Below are positions 62,972-64,000 of a stretch of DNA of 64,000 bases, in pieces. Location: positions 55,242,001 through 55,306,000 of the forward strand of contig NC_043014.1 in assembly GCF_006345805.1 (NCBI RefSeq), written 5' to 3'. Position 1 is the first letter of the stretch, and each line of letters begins with the position of its first letter. A model generated the notes under the pieces. The model was not told the DNA's origin and searched no databases. It saw only the letters and a program-made list of their open reading frames with translations. The stretch is from Octopus sinensis (taxonomy: Eukaryota). Made by a program: the position numbers and the translations under genes.

Positions 62972-63103
62972 AGATGTCCTCTTGACTTGTTGGTGTTACG
63001 AACTAAAATCCTCGACTTGGGTGAGCCTAAGGCCATTCTAGCCCTTGCACTTGCTCCCCCAAACCTCGATGATATTGAAAGGACCATCCTAGAGTTAAAA
63101 GAG
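62972..63103 (+). CDS. TDRD9: TDRD9 exon 15 (HA2 region); the gene continues beyond the window
   Basis: RCPLDLLVLRTKILDLGEPKAILALALAPPNLDDIERTILELKE, typical of TDRD9/Spn-E. Boundaries ccag| and |gtaaga. Confidence 0.95.
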
Positions 63104-63849
63104 GTAAGACTTTGTTTTCTCATCATCATCATCATCGTTTAATGTCCGCTTTCCATGCTAGCATGGGTCGGATGGTTTGACTGAGGGCTGGCGAACCAGA
63201 TGGCTGCACCAGGCTCCAATCTTGATCTGGCAGAGTTTCTACAGCTGGATGCCCTTCCTAATGCCAACCACTCCGAGAGTGTAGTGGGTGGTTTTAAAGT
63301 GCCACCGGCACGAGTGCCAGTCTGGCGGTACTGGCAACGACCTCGCTCGAATCTTTTTACATATGCCACCGGCACAGGTGCCAGTAAGGCGACGTTGGTA
63401 ACAATCATGCTCAAATGGTGCCCTTTTATGTGTCACGGCACTGGGGCCAGTCAGGCAGTACTGGCAATGACTTCGCTCGAATCTTTGAAATTTATCAACT
63501 CCCTAAGGATAAAGCAAAGTTCCATTGTTATCCTGGGGTCACATTAATTGATATAAATAATGTTTTGTTATAGTAAAAGAGTAGTAACTGGGTCTTACAT
63601 CAAAGATTTGTTTTTCTTTTTACCTATTAACAATGAAGGTGGAAGAAATGTCTCAGGGATCTGCTCCCAATTGTGCAACAAAAATTGTGATAATTTACTC
63701 ATTGTAGCCATGTAACTCCTCTACAGCAAGGACCCTGTTCTGGTCCCTTCCCTCACACTTAAACCTTTCATTCCATAGCATAAGCCCACCCCTTTTTCTG
63801 CTGTAGTCCCACTCAGTCAAAAACGAACTTACTCTTGAAGGCTGCTTGA

Positions 63850-64000
63850 GATAAGGAGTGCAGAATCACCTCCCTCCGACAAGTCATCCTAACGAGATGT
63901 CTGCGTTGGCTGGGTCATGCCCTCCGCCGTCAACCAGGAGAATTCATCTACGAAGCAATTGCCTCAGCTCCCCTTCAGGGTTGGCGAAAGCGATGTGGTG
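63850..64000 (+). mobile_element. LINE (RTE-like) ORF2 C-terminal fragment of a different subfamily; runs off the window
   Basis: DKECRITSLRQVILTRCLRWLGHALRRQPGEFIYEAIASAPLQGWRKRCG, containing the LRWLGH motif. Confidence 0.75.

Overview
Repeat-dense eukaryotic genomic DNA. The SINE/RTE repeat landscape, the microsatellite load and the two genes fit an octopod cephalopod (inferred; no database search run). Two protein-coding genes lie head to head. SNRK (SNF-related AMPK-family kinase) has its first coding exon on the minus strand at 25516-26110; I found no further exon in the 25.5 kb to the left. TDRD9/spindle-E (piRNA-pathway DExH helicase) is on the plus strand: 15 exons were reconstructed from 33593 to 63103 and the gene runs off the window. 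All junctions are in frame except exon 10 to 11. The rest is mobile DNA and simple repeats: CORE-like and other tRNA-headed SINEs (including a TSD-flanked dimer and a pentamer), RTE LINE 3' ends with variable hairpin-array UTRs, two non-autonomous Helitrons, hAT-, Tc1/mariner- and piggyBac-type MITEs, a solo-LTR-like insert, and mini/microsatellites. The most interesting signals are: four minimal hammerhead-ribozyme-like motifs of the Penelope type (two with a non-canonical U at core position 6); the TDRD9 frame break, which a +4 tandem donor would rescue; and SINE multimers sharing one junction. No prokaryotic features, CRISPR arrays or rRNA/tRNA genes are supported.
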